IMG/VR virus record: IMGVR_UViG_2874945390_000008
Reading direction: 5' to 3' (one strand)
Origin: a virus
Taxonomy: Duplodnaviria > Heunggongvirae > Uroviricota > Caudoviricetes
Length of the DNA stretch: 59,499 nt
The translations under genes were made by a program, and so were the position numbers. The notes beneath the pieces are model-generated. The model searched no databases. It saw nothing but the letters and a program-made list of their open reading frames with translations, and had not been told where the DNA came from. Positions 49,364-59,157 of the stretch are shown piece after piece. Each line of letters begins with the position of its first letter. Within the stretch, counting starts at the first letter, position 1.

Positions 49364-50516
49364 AATAGCTGCGCTTAATACCGCTACACTTTTGCCAGTC
49401 CATGTTTGCCTCCGGGGAATGGGCTGACGGTTTCCATAAAATGGCGAACTTTTTTCAACAGTTGCCACATTGAGCGGCACTGATGATTACGCGTTATTGT
49501 GTCGTGAAGTGCCTGCCATAGCCGTTCAACATGATTCACCCATGGCGAGTAAACCGGCTGATAAATGACCCTGAACTTCGGGTTCTCCTTCAGCCAGCTC
49601 TGTGTTTCCCGGCTTTTGTGGATAATGTAGTTGTCCACGATCAGCGTGATGGTTTTCGCCCGACGGTATGTCGCTTTAAGCCGCTTCAGCAGGCTGATGA
49701 ACAGCGCCGAACTTTTGCTGTTGCCGCCCACATAGCTGACTTTACCTGTCCCGCTGTGCAGCGCTCCGGCCAGATAATATTTTTCATTCTGTCCCGGCGT
49801 GACCACCCGTTTTTGCTGTCCGCGCAGTTGCCAGTCCGCACCGATTTTGGGATGAAGATGGATATCCACTTCATCTTCATAAAAGACCGGATGCTCTGCG
49901 CTGCATTCGTCCAGTGCTTTATGGATTGCTGCCATCTTTTCATCTTTATGCGGGTCACGGATACGCAGAGTTGGCGCAGCCCTTCGCCACACAATCCCCG
50001 CAGACGGCAACCAGCGGCGAACGGTTCCGGCATTTAACTGGCAACCGGTTATCTCATTGATTTTTATTGCCAGCAGTTCTGTACTCCAGCGTGAACGCTG
50101 GTAGCCAAAGTCGCCGGGAGAATGTTTTACCAGCTCACGTAACAGTGTGCAGATATGCTCAAACGGCCAGCGACGGGCACGCCCGGCAGGTAATGATTTC
50201 AGTCCCTCAACACCCGACTGCGTGAACCAGTTAATCCAGCGTCCAACAGAGGAACGGGCGCAGCAGAGCGTTCTGGCAACGTCGCTGACACGGTCGCCCC
50301 GGTGCAGCATCAGCATGGCAGTCAGTCTGCGGGCATAATTTTTATCGTGTGTTTTATGGATGGCTTTCTGCATCAGGCGTCGTTCGTCACGGGAAATTGG
50401 TGCTATGATCGGCATTGCTCAGTCCGGTTGGTGATTTGTTTTGATTTGGCGATTGATCAGATCGCACAATCCGGGCTAAGTTCCCTCAAAGTGATCTACT
50501 ATTCCGCGCAGCTATT
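49364..50516 (-). mobile_element. IS630 (1153 bp)
   Basis: Terminal inverted repeats aatagctgcgc / gcgcagctatt; TA duplication in a CTAG context (49362..49363 and 50517..50518). Confidence 0.85.
49384..50415 (-). CDS. IS630-family transposase
   Basis: 343-aa ORF MPIIAPISRDERRLMQKAIHKTHDKNYARRLTAMLMLHRGDRVSDVAR... Confidence 0.85.
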   Translation of the reverse strand: MPIIAPISRDERRLMQKAIHKTHDKNYARRLTAMLMLHRGDRVSDVARTLCCARSSVGRWINWFTQSGVEGLKSLPAGRARRWPFEHICTLLRELVKHSPGDFGYQRSRWSTELLAIKINEITGCQLNAGTVRRWLPSAGIVWRRAAPTLRIRDPHKDEKMAAIHKALDECSAEHPVFYEDEVDIHLHPKIGADWQLRGQQKRVVTPGQNEKYYLAGALHSGTGKVSYVGGNSKSSALFISLLKRLKATYRRAKTITLIVDNYIIHKSRETQSWLKENPKFRVIYQPVYSPWVNHVERLWQALHDTITRNHQCRSMWQLLKKVRHFMETVSPFPGGKHGLAKV

Positions 50517-50779
50517 TAGTGAGAGCATATATTTATGAAGCCCTTCGTAATCCTCTGGCTCAGCATTATATAGTTCTACTCTGGCGAGATACGTTGGCAT
50601 ATTCATTTCCTTACTGGTTGTGCGAGAACTTCAGTAAAGATACCACCAAAGCCCGGAGGTGGTGAAATAAAACCGGGCACAACACGAAGGCGCATTTCCG
50701 GTATCCATAAAGAGTCGGTCTTGTCTGTTAAATTTAAATGGTGGGAGTGCGCCTCCGGTTGTAAATAACGACATTGCTG

Positions 50780-50835
50780 TGTGAAGTACCAGTTGGCGGC
50801 ATCGGTTTAATTGCTGGCTGATGTCCGCCCTTTTT
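50780..50835 (+). ncRNA. dicF: DicF-like small RNA (candidate)
   Basis: ...agttGGCGGcatcggtttaattgctggctgatgtCCGCCcttttt resembles my recollection of DicF; lies downstream of dicA-ydfA-ydfB as in Qin. Confidence 0.4.
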
Positions 50836-51105
50836 AAAGTGAATTTTGTGATGCGGTGAATGCGGCTCAGCGCACGCGGAACAGTTAAAACAGTAAGGAA
50901 AATCCCTTATTCCGGCGTTAATTATTAACTGGTTAACGTCACCTGGAGGCACCAGGCACCGCATCAACAAAGTTCACTTCGGTGATGAAAGGAAAGAGAA
51001 AATGTTGAATGTAGCTATTGAAAACCAGAACGGGTGGAATTATAGTGCACCTGCACCTCATAAAACGGGTGCCGGGATTGCTACCCCGAAGTCATTCACG
51101 GCGCA

Positions 51106-51128
51106 TAACCGCGCTCAGGCGGTTTTTT
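51106..51128 (+). terminator. Hairpin plus T7 terminator upstream of the Rha-like gene
   Basis: aaccgcgctcaggcggttttttta. Confidence 0.5.
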
Positions 51129-51295
51129 TATGCGTAATGCACAGCCACATTCAAATTATGGTGGGGCGTGCGGGGCAGTCGCAAGACTGGCCGGGTTCCG
51201 TGATGACCGGTTGTAGCAACCCTGTACGTCTCACCACCCATGAGATTGCTACCTCCGGTGGTGAGTTAATCACATTCATCGCGGAGGCTGCCATC

Positions 51296-51844
51296 ATGGC
51301 TACTACCCTTTCTCACCCTTGTGTAACCGTAGAAAACGGTCGCGCTGTCACTACGTCTGTTGCGGTTGCAGAGTTCTTCCACAAACGACACGACAATGTG
51401 TTACGTGCCATCGCAAATATTGAATGCTCAGATAAATTTACTGCCCTCAATTTTGAGGCGAGCGAATACACCGACTCAACCGGGCGCAAACTCCCAATGT
51501 ACCAAATCACCAAAAACGGCTTCGTTTTCCTGGTGATGGGCTTCACTGGCAAAAAAGCCGCCGCATTCAAGGAAGCCTACATTGCTGAGTTCGACCGCAT
51601 GGAGGCCGAACTGCGCCAGAATAACACCCCACCTGCTGACAAGATGATTCCGGGTGATGGTCGCACTCTGGTTGTTCACTTCGACAAATTCGGCAATGTC
51701 GAATTCACCGAAACCGTTCCTGATGGCGCACTGGTCTGTACCCTGGAGACTTTCCGGTTTTATCTGGAAAAACAGGGATGGACTCTTGTTAACCGGGGCG
51801 CAATTAAAAATATGACTGTGGAACAATTACTTTCTTTAAAATAA
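51296..51844 (+). CDS. Rha-family phage regulatory protein
   Basis: ...TTSVAVAEFFHKRHDNVLRAIANIECSDKFTALNF...; start at ATG 51296 after GGAGG; track ORF extends upstream across the terminator. Confidence 0.65.
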   Translation: MATTLSHPCVTVENGRAVTTSVAVAEFFHKRHDNVLRAIANIECSDKFTALNFEASEYTDSTGRKLPMYQITKNGFVFLVMGFTGKKAAAFKEAYIAEFDRMEAELRQNNTPPADKMIPGDGRTLVVHFDKFGNVEFTETVPDGALVCTLETFRFYLEKQGWTLVNRGAIKNMTVEQLLSLK

Positions 51845-51860
51845 AAATGGAGCTACGGAT

Positions 51861-52142
51861 ATGAACCCTATGCTTGATTATTGTTTTACCTCTGCACCTC
51901 AGCAGACCATAACACACACCGGAATCAAAAAATTGTTATGGATAATCAAAAAAACCCTCCAGCAGAAAGGTGATCCCGATTTAATTCCCTGTGCTTATGG
52001 CCTGTGTGACAGACAAGTAAGCCCTGATAAGGCTTACTCTGCTGAACTTATTTACATGCACGGAACCATGATGAGGAAAAAGAAACGCAAATATTGTAGT
52101 GAAATCTGTGCCGAAAAAGACCAGATGGCACACGAACTTTAA
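51861..52142 (+). CDS. Hypothetical Cys-containing small protein
   Basis: 93-aa ORF with CAYGLC...YCSEIC pattern. Confidence 0.4.
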   Translation: MNPMLDYCFTSAPQQTITHTGIKKLLWIIKKTLQQKGDPDLIPCAYGLCDRQVSPDKAYSAELIYMHGTMMRKKKRKYCSEICAEKDQMAHEL

Positions 52143-52216
52143 TTAACTGACTATTCGAAACTGAATTTATGCCAGCAATGGCAGGGATTCACTCAACCTT
52201 AAAAAAGGAAACAGCA

Positions 52217-52513
52217 ATGAGTATTATTGAATGTGAAATTGAACTTGATGTTATTAACGATTCTCTCGCCGAATTTAAATGTGGGAATACATTACATAGT
52301 TTCATTCAGATTTCCCAAAAAGAAAACGTCACGGTAATTATTGATGGCTGTTACGTTCTGAGAACATTTGATTGTTGTGTATGTGCCATTAAAGAAATTG
52401 CATTACTCACAGCTCGCATTGAAGAGGCTGACAAGAAATACGGTATCAGTTATCAACGACTGAAAGAACTCTCTCATATCGCATCATCAGTTCGTTTCTT
52501 TTATGCAATCTGA
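52217..52513 (+). CDS. Hypothetical AT-rich small protein
   Basis: MSIIECEIELDVINDSLAEFKCGN...; start after AAGGAA. Confidence 0.4.
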   Translation: MSIIECEIELDVINDSLAEFKCGNTLHSFIQISQKENVTVIIDGCYVLRTFDCCVCAIKEIALLTARIEEADKKYGISYQRLKELSHIASSVRFFYAI

Positions 52514-52536
52514 ATATGAGTTGAGGTTAAAAAACA

Positions 52537-54477
52537 ATGAGCACCGATAAACAAGTTTACCCACTGTATTACGAAGCAAAAAATGACAAAGTAAGAAAAC
52601 GCCTCGGTATTAAAGGCGGTTTTTACTGGGCTGAAGCGAAAAAATTATCCATTGCCATCTCCCGTGGTGCTGTTGCGATTGACGATGCAGGCTACGATGA
52701 AGATGACTTTAAAAAACCTGTTCACGTCAATTTGCCCGTTGTTGATGACCTCCCGCCAGAAGGCGTGTTTGATACGGAATTCTGCAACCGTTACGAAAAA
52801 GGCGGGGAAGATGGCATCACAATGGTATTTATCGCATCTTCTCCCTCTGTTCAGGACAAACCAGCCAGCACTGACAATACCAACGTCAACGGCGAAGACA
52901 TGACAGAAATTGAGGAGAACATGCTCCTGCCAGTTTCCGGTCAGGAACTGCCCATTCGCTGGCTTGCTCAACACGGCAGCGAAAAACCGGTAACGCACGT
53001 TTCACGCGACGGACTCCAGGCATTACACATTGCTCGGGCTGAAGAACTACCGGCTGTTACTGCCCTGGCTGTTTCCCACAAAACCAGCCTGCTCGACCCG
53101 CTGGAAATTCGCGATCTCCACAAACTGGTTCGTGACACTGACAAAGTTTTCCCTAATCCTGGTAATTCAAGCCTGGGACTGATAACTGCTTTTTTCGAAG
53201 CATACCTGAACGCTGACTACACCGATCGAGGACTGCTGACAAAAGAGTGGATGAAGGGTAATCGTGTTTCACACATCACTCGCACGGCTTCCGGTGCTAA
53301 TGCTGGCGGCGGAAACCTCACCGATCGCGGCGAAGGTTTCGTACACGATCTGACGTCACTGGCGCGCGACGTAGCCACTGGCGTACTGGCCCGTTCAATG
53401 GATCTGGACATCTATAACCTTCATCCGGCACACGCTAAACGCATTGAGGAAATTATCGCTGAAAATAAACCGCCCTTTTCTGTTTTCCGCGACAAATTCA
53501 TCACCATGCCTGGCGGGCTGGATTATTCCCGCGCCATCGTGGTTGCGTCCGTAAAAGAAGCACCAATTGGGATCGAGGTCATCCCCGCGCACGTCACTGA
53601 ATATCTGAACAAGGTACTGACTGAAACCGATCATGCCAACCCTGATCCGGAAATCGTGGATATTGCCTGCGGTCGCTCCTCTGCCCCGATGCCGCAGCGT
53701 GTAACAGAAGAAGGAAAACAGGATGATGAAGAAAAACCGCAACCATCTTGCGCAATGGCAGATGAACAGGCAACGGCTGAAACAGTGGAACCGGATGCAA
53801 CTGAACATCATCAGGACACGCAGCCGCTGGATGCTCAGTCACAGGTAAATGCTGTTGATGCGAAATATCAGGAACTGCGGGCAGAACTCCATGAAGCCCG
53901 GAAAAACATTCCGCCCAAAAATCCTGTCGATGCAGACAAATTACTGGCTGCCTCTCGCGGAGAATTTGTTGAAGGGATTAGCGACCCGAATGATCCGAAA
54001 TGGATTCCCGGTCATCATATCTCCTCAAATGAAGTCAAAAAAACGGAAAATGAAGTGCGACAGACTGAAGATAAACAGCACCAGAACAGCGAACCGGAGG
54101 AGGGAACACCCTGCAATCAGACTGGCGAGGATAACTGCCCTGACTGTGGCGCGGTGATGGGAGACGCAACTTATCAGGAAACTTTTGACGAAAAAAAACC
54201 AGATGAAGCACAGGAAGAAGAGCCGAAGAAAACGGAAAAAGCTGATGATTTGTTACCGGAGAACGCTGGCAGCGATCAGCATAATGATAGCAATAATGAA
54301 ACTGGCGAAGATGAACTCAACTGGAAAAAACAGGTGTTGATTGCGGCGGTTTACGGTTTATGTGCGAATCCTGCGTGCATAGCCTATGCGCCTGCAATCC
54401 CTGACATCGCAATGATGATTGCCAACAAGCTTGAAAATTTTGGAGTGACCAGTGATGAGCGCTTACCCGATTTTTGA
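52537..54477 (+). CDS. Large hypothetical protein (646 aa) with acidic C-terminal region
   Basis: Uninterrupted ORF; no family recognised from memory. Confidence 0.5.
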   Translation: MSTDKQVYPLYYEAKNDKVRKRLGIKGGFYWAEAKKLSIAISRGAVAIDDAGYDEDDFKKPVHVNLPVVDDLPPEGVFDTEFCNRYEKGGEDGITMVFIASSPSVQDKPASTDNTNVNGEDMTEIEENMLLPVSGQELPIRWLAQHGSEKPVTHVSRDGLQALHIARAEELPAVTALAVSHKTSLLDPLEIRDLHKLVRDTDKVFPNPGNSSLGLITAFFEAYLNADYTDRGLLTKEWMKGNRVSHITRTASGANAGGGNLTDRGEGFVHDLTSLARDVATGVLARSMDLDIYNLHPAHAKRIEEIIAENKPPFSVFRDKFITMPGGLDYSRAIVVASVKEAPIGIEVIPAHVTEYLNKVLTETDHANPDPEIVDIACGRSSAPMPQRVTEEGKQDDEEKPQPSCAMADEQATAETVEPDATEHHQDTQPLDAQSQVNAVDAKYQELRAELHEARKNIPPKNPVDADKLLAASRGEFVEGISDPNDPKWIPGHHISSNEVKKTENEVRQTEDKQHQNSEPEEGTPCNQTGEDNCPDCGAVMGDATYQETFDEKKPDEAQEEEPKKTEKADDLLPENAGSDQHNDSNNETGEDELNWKKQVLIAAVYGLCANPACIAYAPAIPDIAMMIANKLENFGVTSDERLPDF

Positions 54478-54751
54478 TCGTATTGAAGAAATGGCATGGG
54501 CTCGCCACTACCAGCAGATCGTTCGTGAAGAAAAAGAAACGGAACTGGCGGACGACCTGGAAAAAGGTCTGCCTCAGCACCTGTTTGAATCGCTCTGCAT
54601 CGACCATTTGCAACGCCACGGTGCCAATAAACAGGCAATCAGCCACGCATTTGATGATGATGTTGAGTTTCAGGAGCGCATGGCAGAACACATCCGGTAC
54701 ATGGCTGAAACCATTGCCCACCACCAGGTTGATATTGATTTGGAGGACTAA
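54455..54751 (+). CDS. Hypothetical protein (98 aa)
   Basis: ATG overlaps the upstream gene's 3' end. Confidence 0.4.
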   Translation: MSAYPIFDRIEEMAWARHYQQIVREEKETELADDLEKGLPQHLFESLCIDHLQRHGANKQAISHAFDDDVEFQERMAEHIRYMAETIAHHQVDIDLED

Positions 54752-55566
54752 AATCTATGGCGCTTTTTCAACGAGCAATAAACACACAGGCCTATCTAAA
54801 AGCAGGAATTATGGGGTTTGCTGGCGACGGCAAAACCTACACAGCAAGCGAACTGGCTATTGGTCTGGTAATGCTTATGCGGCAACGGGGAATTGAAGCT
54901 GGTAACCGCCCGGTAATGTTTCTGGACACAGAAACAGGCTCTGACTGGGTTAAACCCCGCTTTGATGCGGAAAATATCGAATTATTTACGGCAAAAACCC
55001 GCTCGTTTGTTGATCTGCTTGAAGCCATTAATGAAGCGGAAAGCAGCGGTTCCGTAATGATCATCGACTCCATCAGTCACTTCTGGACCGGATTATGCGA
55101 CGAGTATGCCAGACGCCGAAACCGTAAACGAGGACTGGAATTTTCAGACTGGGCGTGGCTCAAACAGGAGTGGCGACGCTTTACCGATCGATTTGTTAAC
55201 AGTCAGGCGCACATTATTATGTGCGGGCGTGCAGGATATGAGTATGACTTTTTCGAAGGTGATGATGGCAAACGCCAGTTGGCAAAAACCGGTATAAAAA
55301 TGAAAGCAGAAACAGAAACCGGTTATGAACCCTCCATCCTGATCCAGATGGAGAAGCAAATGAACATAGAAACCGGTCAGGTGTGGCGCACCGCCAGAAT
55401 ACTAAAAGATCGCTCCACCCGTATTGATGGACAGGTATTTTCAAACCCAACATTTAAAAACTTTCTTCCTCATATCGAGTTTCTTAACCTGGGAGGTGAA
55501 CACCTCGGCATCGATACCTCACGGGATAACAGTGAATTATTTGCCAACGACGGTACACCGACATGG

Positions 55567-56816
55567 TGAGGTGTACTGGCAATAGCGGACACTACCATTT
55601 GTTCTTTTTTTAAGCAGCCATCTGATGATATTTTTCCCTGAAGGCTGCCGGGGAGATATTCCCCAGACGAGAGTGACGACGCTGACGATTGTAGAAAATC
55701 TCAATGTATTCCCGTATTACTGAGATGGCTTCATCCCGGTTATTAAAACGATAGTGGCTCAGGCTCTCATTTTTCAGCGTTCCCCAGAAGCTTTCCATCG
55801 GAGCGTTGTCGTAACAGTTACCTTTACGCGACATTGATGTTTTCAGACCAAACTGCTCCTGTATGACCCGGTAATCGTATGCGCAGTACTGTGAACCTCG
55901 ATCAGAGTGGTGGATTAGCCCGGCAGGTGGGCGCTGGCTCCTGAGCGCCATAAACAGGGCTTTACCTGTCAGCTCTTTTGTCATGCGCTCTCCCATGGCG
56001 TAGCCGACAATTTCGCACGTATAAACATCTTTGATGCCAGCGAGGTACAACCATCCCTCCTGTGTGGCAACATACGTCAGGTCCGCCACCCAGACCTGAT
56101 TTGGTGCTGTAGGAGCGAACGTCTGGTTCAGCAGATTTGGCGCAACTGGCAGATTGTGGTTCGGGTTCGTAGTCGCTCTGAACTTGCGTTTCTGCTTACA
56201 GCGTAGCCTTAGCTCCTTACGAAGACGTGCCAGTCGGTCACGACCAACGATGATGCCATTCTCTGCCAGCTCCGTCTGGAGCCGCCGGGTTCCATATGTT
56301 TCGCGAGTGCGGATATGTGCCACCTTAATCTCCAGTTTTAGCCGCTCATCACTTTGTTTTCTGTCTGAGGGTTCATGCTGTACCCAGTTGTAATAACCGC
56401 TCCTGGATACACCAAATACCTGACACATCGCTTCAATGGGAAATTGTTGTCGCCATTGTTCGATTAACGCGTATTTTTCAGCGACTCCTGTGCAAAATTT
56501 TAATATATCTCGCTCAAGGCGAGCTTCATTTAACGCCTTACGCAGTTGCAGAATTTCAGATTCCAGTTCAGCCACCGTGCGGGAACCAGGAGTACCGAGC
56601 CCTTTTCTGGCGGCGGTAACCCATTGTCCTAAAGTGCCTTCAGGAAGGAATAATCGGGAAGCGCCTTCACTGATCGAAAGTTGATTTTCAAGAACCGTTC
56701 TGACAGCTTCGGCTTTGAACTCTTTAGAGTAACGTTGGGTTTTTCTGCTCATTATTAGCTCCTTCTGATGCCATTCTATTTCAGGAAGGAGTGTCCGTTA
56801 AACTCAGGCTACCTCA
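55567..56816 (-). mobile_element. IS600-like copy 3 (1250-bp variant)
   Basis: Same ends; 3-bp direct repeat TGG (55564..55566 and 56817..56819). Confidence 0.88.
55610..56752 (-). CDS. IS600 OrfAB in-frame fused transposase (380 aa)
   Basis: Single ORF MSRKTQRYSKEFK...RDILKFCTGVAEKY...; the frameshift window is removed by a 14-bp deletion relative to copy 2. Confidence 0.8.
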   Translation of the reverse strand: MSRKTQRYSKEFKAEAVRTVLENQLSISEGASRLFLPEGTLGQWVTAARKGLGTPGSRTVAELESEILQLRKALNEARLERDILKFCTGVAEKYALIEQWRQQFPIEAMCQVFGVSRSGYYNWVQHEPSDRKQSDERLKLEIKVAHIRTRETYGTRRLQTELAENGIIVGRDRLARLRKELRLRCKQKRKFRATTNPNHNLPVAPNLLNQTFAPTAPNQVWVADLTYVATQEGWLYLAGIKDVYTCEIVGYAMGERMTKELTGKALFMALRSQRPPAGLIHHSDRGSQYCAYDYRVIQEQFGLKTSMSRKGNCYDNAPMESFWGTLKNESLSHYRFNNRDEAISVIREYIEIFYNRQRRHSRLGNISPAAFREKYHQMAA

Positions 56817-57146
56817 TGGCTAAAAGAAAAGCGTGCAAAAGAAATCGCACTTGATGAAATTATCGAGTTGCTCAACAAGCACCATGGGGGCACCAGTAAC
56901 GACGCCAAACGCGCAAAAGCTGATTTGCTGGAAAAAACATTCACCTCCCGCTCATGGGAAAGAATCAAAGGTATGGACTGGCCGACAATCAAAGCTGGTC
57001 GTAATGCACTATGGATTGAACTGGAAGGCGTTGAATATGCATTCCCGGATCCACAAACACAAAACGAAACGCAACAAGCAGGATACGATGAGAATATTCC
57101 GGTGTAAAACCAAGTGCATTTTGGGAAAATATTAATGGAGGTGTTC

Positions 57147-57335
57147 ATGTATAAAATTACAGCCACTATTGAAAAGGAAGGTGGTTCTCCTGCCAGCTGG
57201 ACAAGATACTCAAAGACAAAACTAACGAAATCAGAATGCGAAAAAATGCTCTCAGGGGAAAAAGAAGCAGGCGTTTCCAGAGAGCAGAAAGTAAAACTGA
57301 TAAATTTTAATTGCGAGAAACTTCAGTCCTCGTGA
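57147..57335 (+). CDS. Hypothetical small protein
   Basis: MYKITATIEKEGGSPASWTRYSK...; ATG after GGAGG. Confidence 0.35.
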   Translation: MYKITATIEKEGGSPASWTRYSKTKLTKSECEKMLSGEKEAGVSREQKVKLINFNCEKLQSS

Positions 57336-57435
57336 ATTTCATTATATCCAGATTAGAACTTCATAGCTGATTATTAAAAATCAACCACACCCGCCAGTAT
57401 TCTGTATATTTACTGGCGGTCATATCGTGAGAGGT

Positions 57436-57723
57436 ATGGCAATGAATCTTGTGACACTCAAAACGTGGGGAAAACTCAGATATCCGGATACCCCACCATC
57501 AATATCAACGCTGAGACGATGGGCAAGGAATGGAAACATTTATCCTGCACCTGAACTACACGGGAGGAGTTACAGGGTGGTTCCGGAGGCTTTCTATATC
57601 AACCCAAATAAGGTTGATACCGATATAACACACCATCAGCCTAATGGGCGACAAGGGAGAGACAGTCCGTTAATGGAGAAGTTAAAACATGCAGCGGAAA
57701 AAATACGATCCCAATTTGCCTAG
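57436..57723 (+). CDS. xis: Excisionase-like protein
   Basis: ...ISTLRRWARNGNIYPAPELHGRSYRVVPEAFYI...; immediately upstream of and overlapping int. Confidence 0.6.
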   Translation: MAMNLVTLKTWGKLRYPDTPPSISTLRRWARNGNIYPAPELHGRSYRVVPEAFYINPNKVDTDITHHQPNGRQGRDSPLMEKLKHAAEKIRSQFA

Positions 57724-58765
57724 AAACTTAACATATCGAAGGAGAGACAAAGCATATTACTGGCGCAACCCTCTGACGAAAGAAGAATTTACACTAGGTA
57801 AAATTTCAAGAAGAGATGCAGTAGCGCAGGCAATTGAAGCAAATCATTATATATACAAAAACTACTCTCCTGCTGCCCTAATTGAAAAGCTTAAAGGGGT
57901 CGACTCATTTACTATGGCAGACTGGATTGAACGTTACAAAACGATTCTTATAAGGAGAAAAGCGTCCAGAAATACTTATAAAACTCGGGTAAATCAACTG
58001 GAGACAATAAAAGAAAAATTAGGAGGGGTTTTACTGACAGAAATAACCACTCGCCATATCGCCGAGTTTCTTGATTTGTGGATTGAAGGAGGGAAAAACA
58101 CGATGGCAGGATCAATGCGTTCTGTGTTATCTGATATGTTCCGCGAAGCCATTGTTGAAGGACGTATATCTCAAAATCCAGTAACGCCAACAAGAGCACC
58201 GAAAATAGTAGTTACAAGAGAACGGCTGAAACTAAAGACATACAACTGCATCAGGGAGGCAGCAGATCAACTTCCGGCATGGTTCCCATTAGCTATGGAC
58301 TTAGCCCTTGTAACAGGACAACGTCGCGAAGACATAACGAATATGCGGTTCAGTGATATTTATGATGATCGTCTCCACATCAGGCAAATTAAGACAGGAA
58401 TGATGATTGCTATCCCCCTGTCACTCAGCCTTCCTGTCGCTGGTTTACGACTTGGTGCAGTAGTTAAACAGTGCCGCATGGTAAGTAGGGGGGATTATCT
58501 AATCAGTGCCGGGATTAGAAAAAACAGCCCTGACGGCAGCATTCACCCGGACGGCCTGACAAAGAAATTTGTCGCAGCCAGAAAATTAACAGGTATCCTG
58601 TTCAGTGAAAACCCACCAACTTTTCACGAAATCAGAAGCCTGGCTGGACGATTGTACAAAGAAATATGTGGAGAAGAATTTGCTCAGCGTCTACTTGGCC
58701 ACACATCGGAGAAGACAACAAAAATGTATCTTGATGAGAGAGAAAAAACGTACTTACTGCTCTGA
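57689..58765 (+). CDS. int: Tyrosine integrase (lambda Int-like)
   Basis: ...[10 protein letters not shown]...[15 protein letters not shown]...[17 protein letters not shown]... Confidence 0.9.
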   Translation: MQRKKYDPNLPRNLTYRRRDKAYYWRNPLTKEEFTLGKISRRDAVAQAIEANHYIYKNYSPAALIEKLKGVDSFTMADWIERYKTILIRRKASRNTYKTRVNQLETIKEKLGGVLLTEITTRHIAEFLDLWIEGGKNTMAGSMRSVLSDMFREAIVEGRISQNPVTPTRAPKIVVTRERLKLKTYNCIREAADQLPAWFPLAMDLALVTGQRREDITNMRFSDIYDDRLHIRQIKTGMMIAIPLSLSLPVAGLRLGAVVKQCRMVSRGDYLISAGIRKNSPDGSIHPDGLTKKFVAARKLTGILFSENPPTFHEIRSLAGRLYKEICGEEFAQRLLGHTSEKTTKMYLDEREKTYLLL

Positions 58766-58896
58766 TTTTAACGTAAATGGATTGTTAAATGTATTTTGGT
58801 TGTGATATAACCAAAAAAGACCGGAATACAGAAATTCGAGTAAATTTCGGGGAATTTCGGGGAAGCATTTGTAACTAATTGATTTCAAATGCAATT

Positions 58897-58999
58897 AAAA
58901 AAAGACCGAATACGATTCCTGTATTCGGTCCAGGGAAATGGCTCTTGGGAGAGAGCCGTGCGCTAAAAGTTGGCATTAATGCAGGCTTAGTTGCCTTGC
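58897..58999 (-). ncRNA. sdsR: SdsR/RyeB-like small RNA
   Basis: Minus strand GCAAGGCAACTAAGCCTGCATTAATGCC...CCCTGGACCGAATACAGGAATCGTATTCGGTCTTTTTTT as I recall SdsR; terminal hairpin plus T-run. Confidence 0.55.
58904..58929. other. Putative attR core overlapping the sdsR 3' hairpin
   Basis: Direct imperfect repeat of 376..401; tandem aatttcgggg motif at 58845..58864 between int and the core. Confidence 0.4.
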
Positions 59000-59078
59000 C
59001 CTTTAAGAATAGATGACGACGCCAGGTTTTCCAGTTTGCGTGCAAAATGGTCAATAAAAAGCGCGGTGGTCATCAGCT

Positions 59079-59120
59079 TAAATGTTAAAAACCGCCCGTT
59101 CTGGTGAAAGAACTGAGGCG
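59079..59120. terminator. Bidirectional hairpin with flanking T/A runs
   Basis: aaaaaCCGCCcgttctggtgaaagaactgaGGCGGttttttt. Confidence 0.45.
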
Positions 59121-59157
59121 GTTTTTTTATTGGAAATCAAAAGGCTATTTTAGGTAA

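Larger units (their letters stand above)
54757..57107 (+). pseudogene. P-loop ATPase (Sak4/RecA-like, putative) gene split by IS600 copy 3
   Basis: Walker A GFAGDGKTYTA; frame 54757..55566 resumes in frame at 56820 after the TGG duplication and runs to the stop at 57107. Confidence 0.6.

Noticed and set aside
51002-51295. N-terminal 98 codons of the track ORF 51002..51844
   Set aside because: A hairpin plus T7 terminator lies inside this stretch and a good RBS precedes the ATG at 51296; the Rha-like gene probably starts there.
58845-58864. CRISPR-like or other array from the tandem aatttcgggg motif
   Set aside because: Only two 10-bp copies with no spacers; more likely integrase binding sites. 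No CRISPR repeat-spacer array is visible anywhere in the window.
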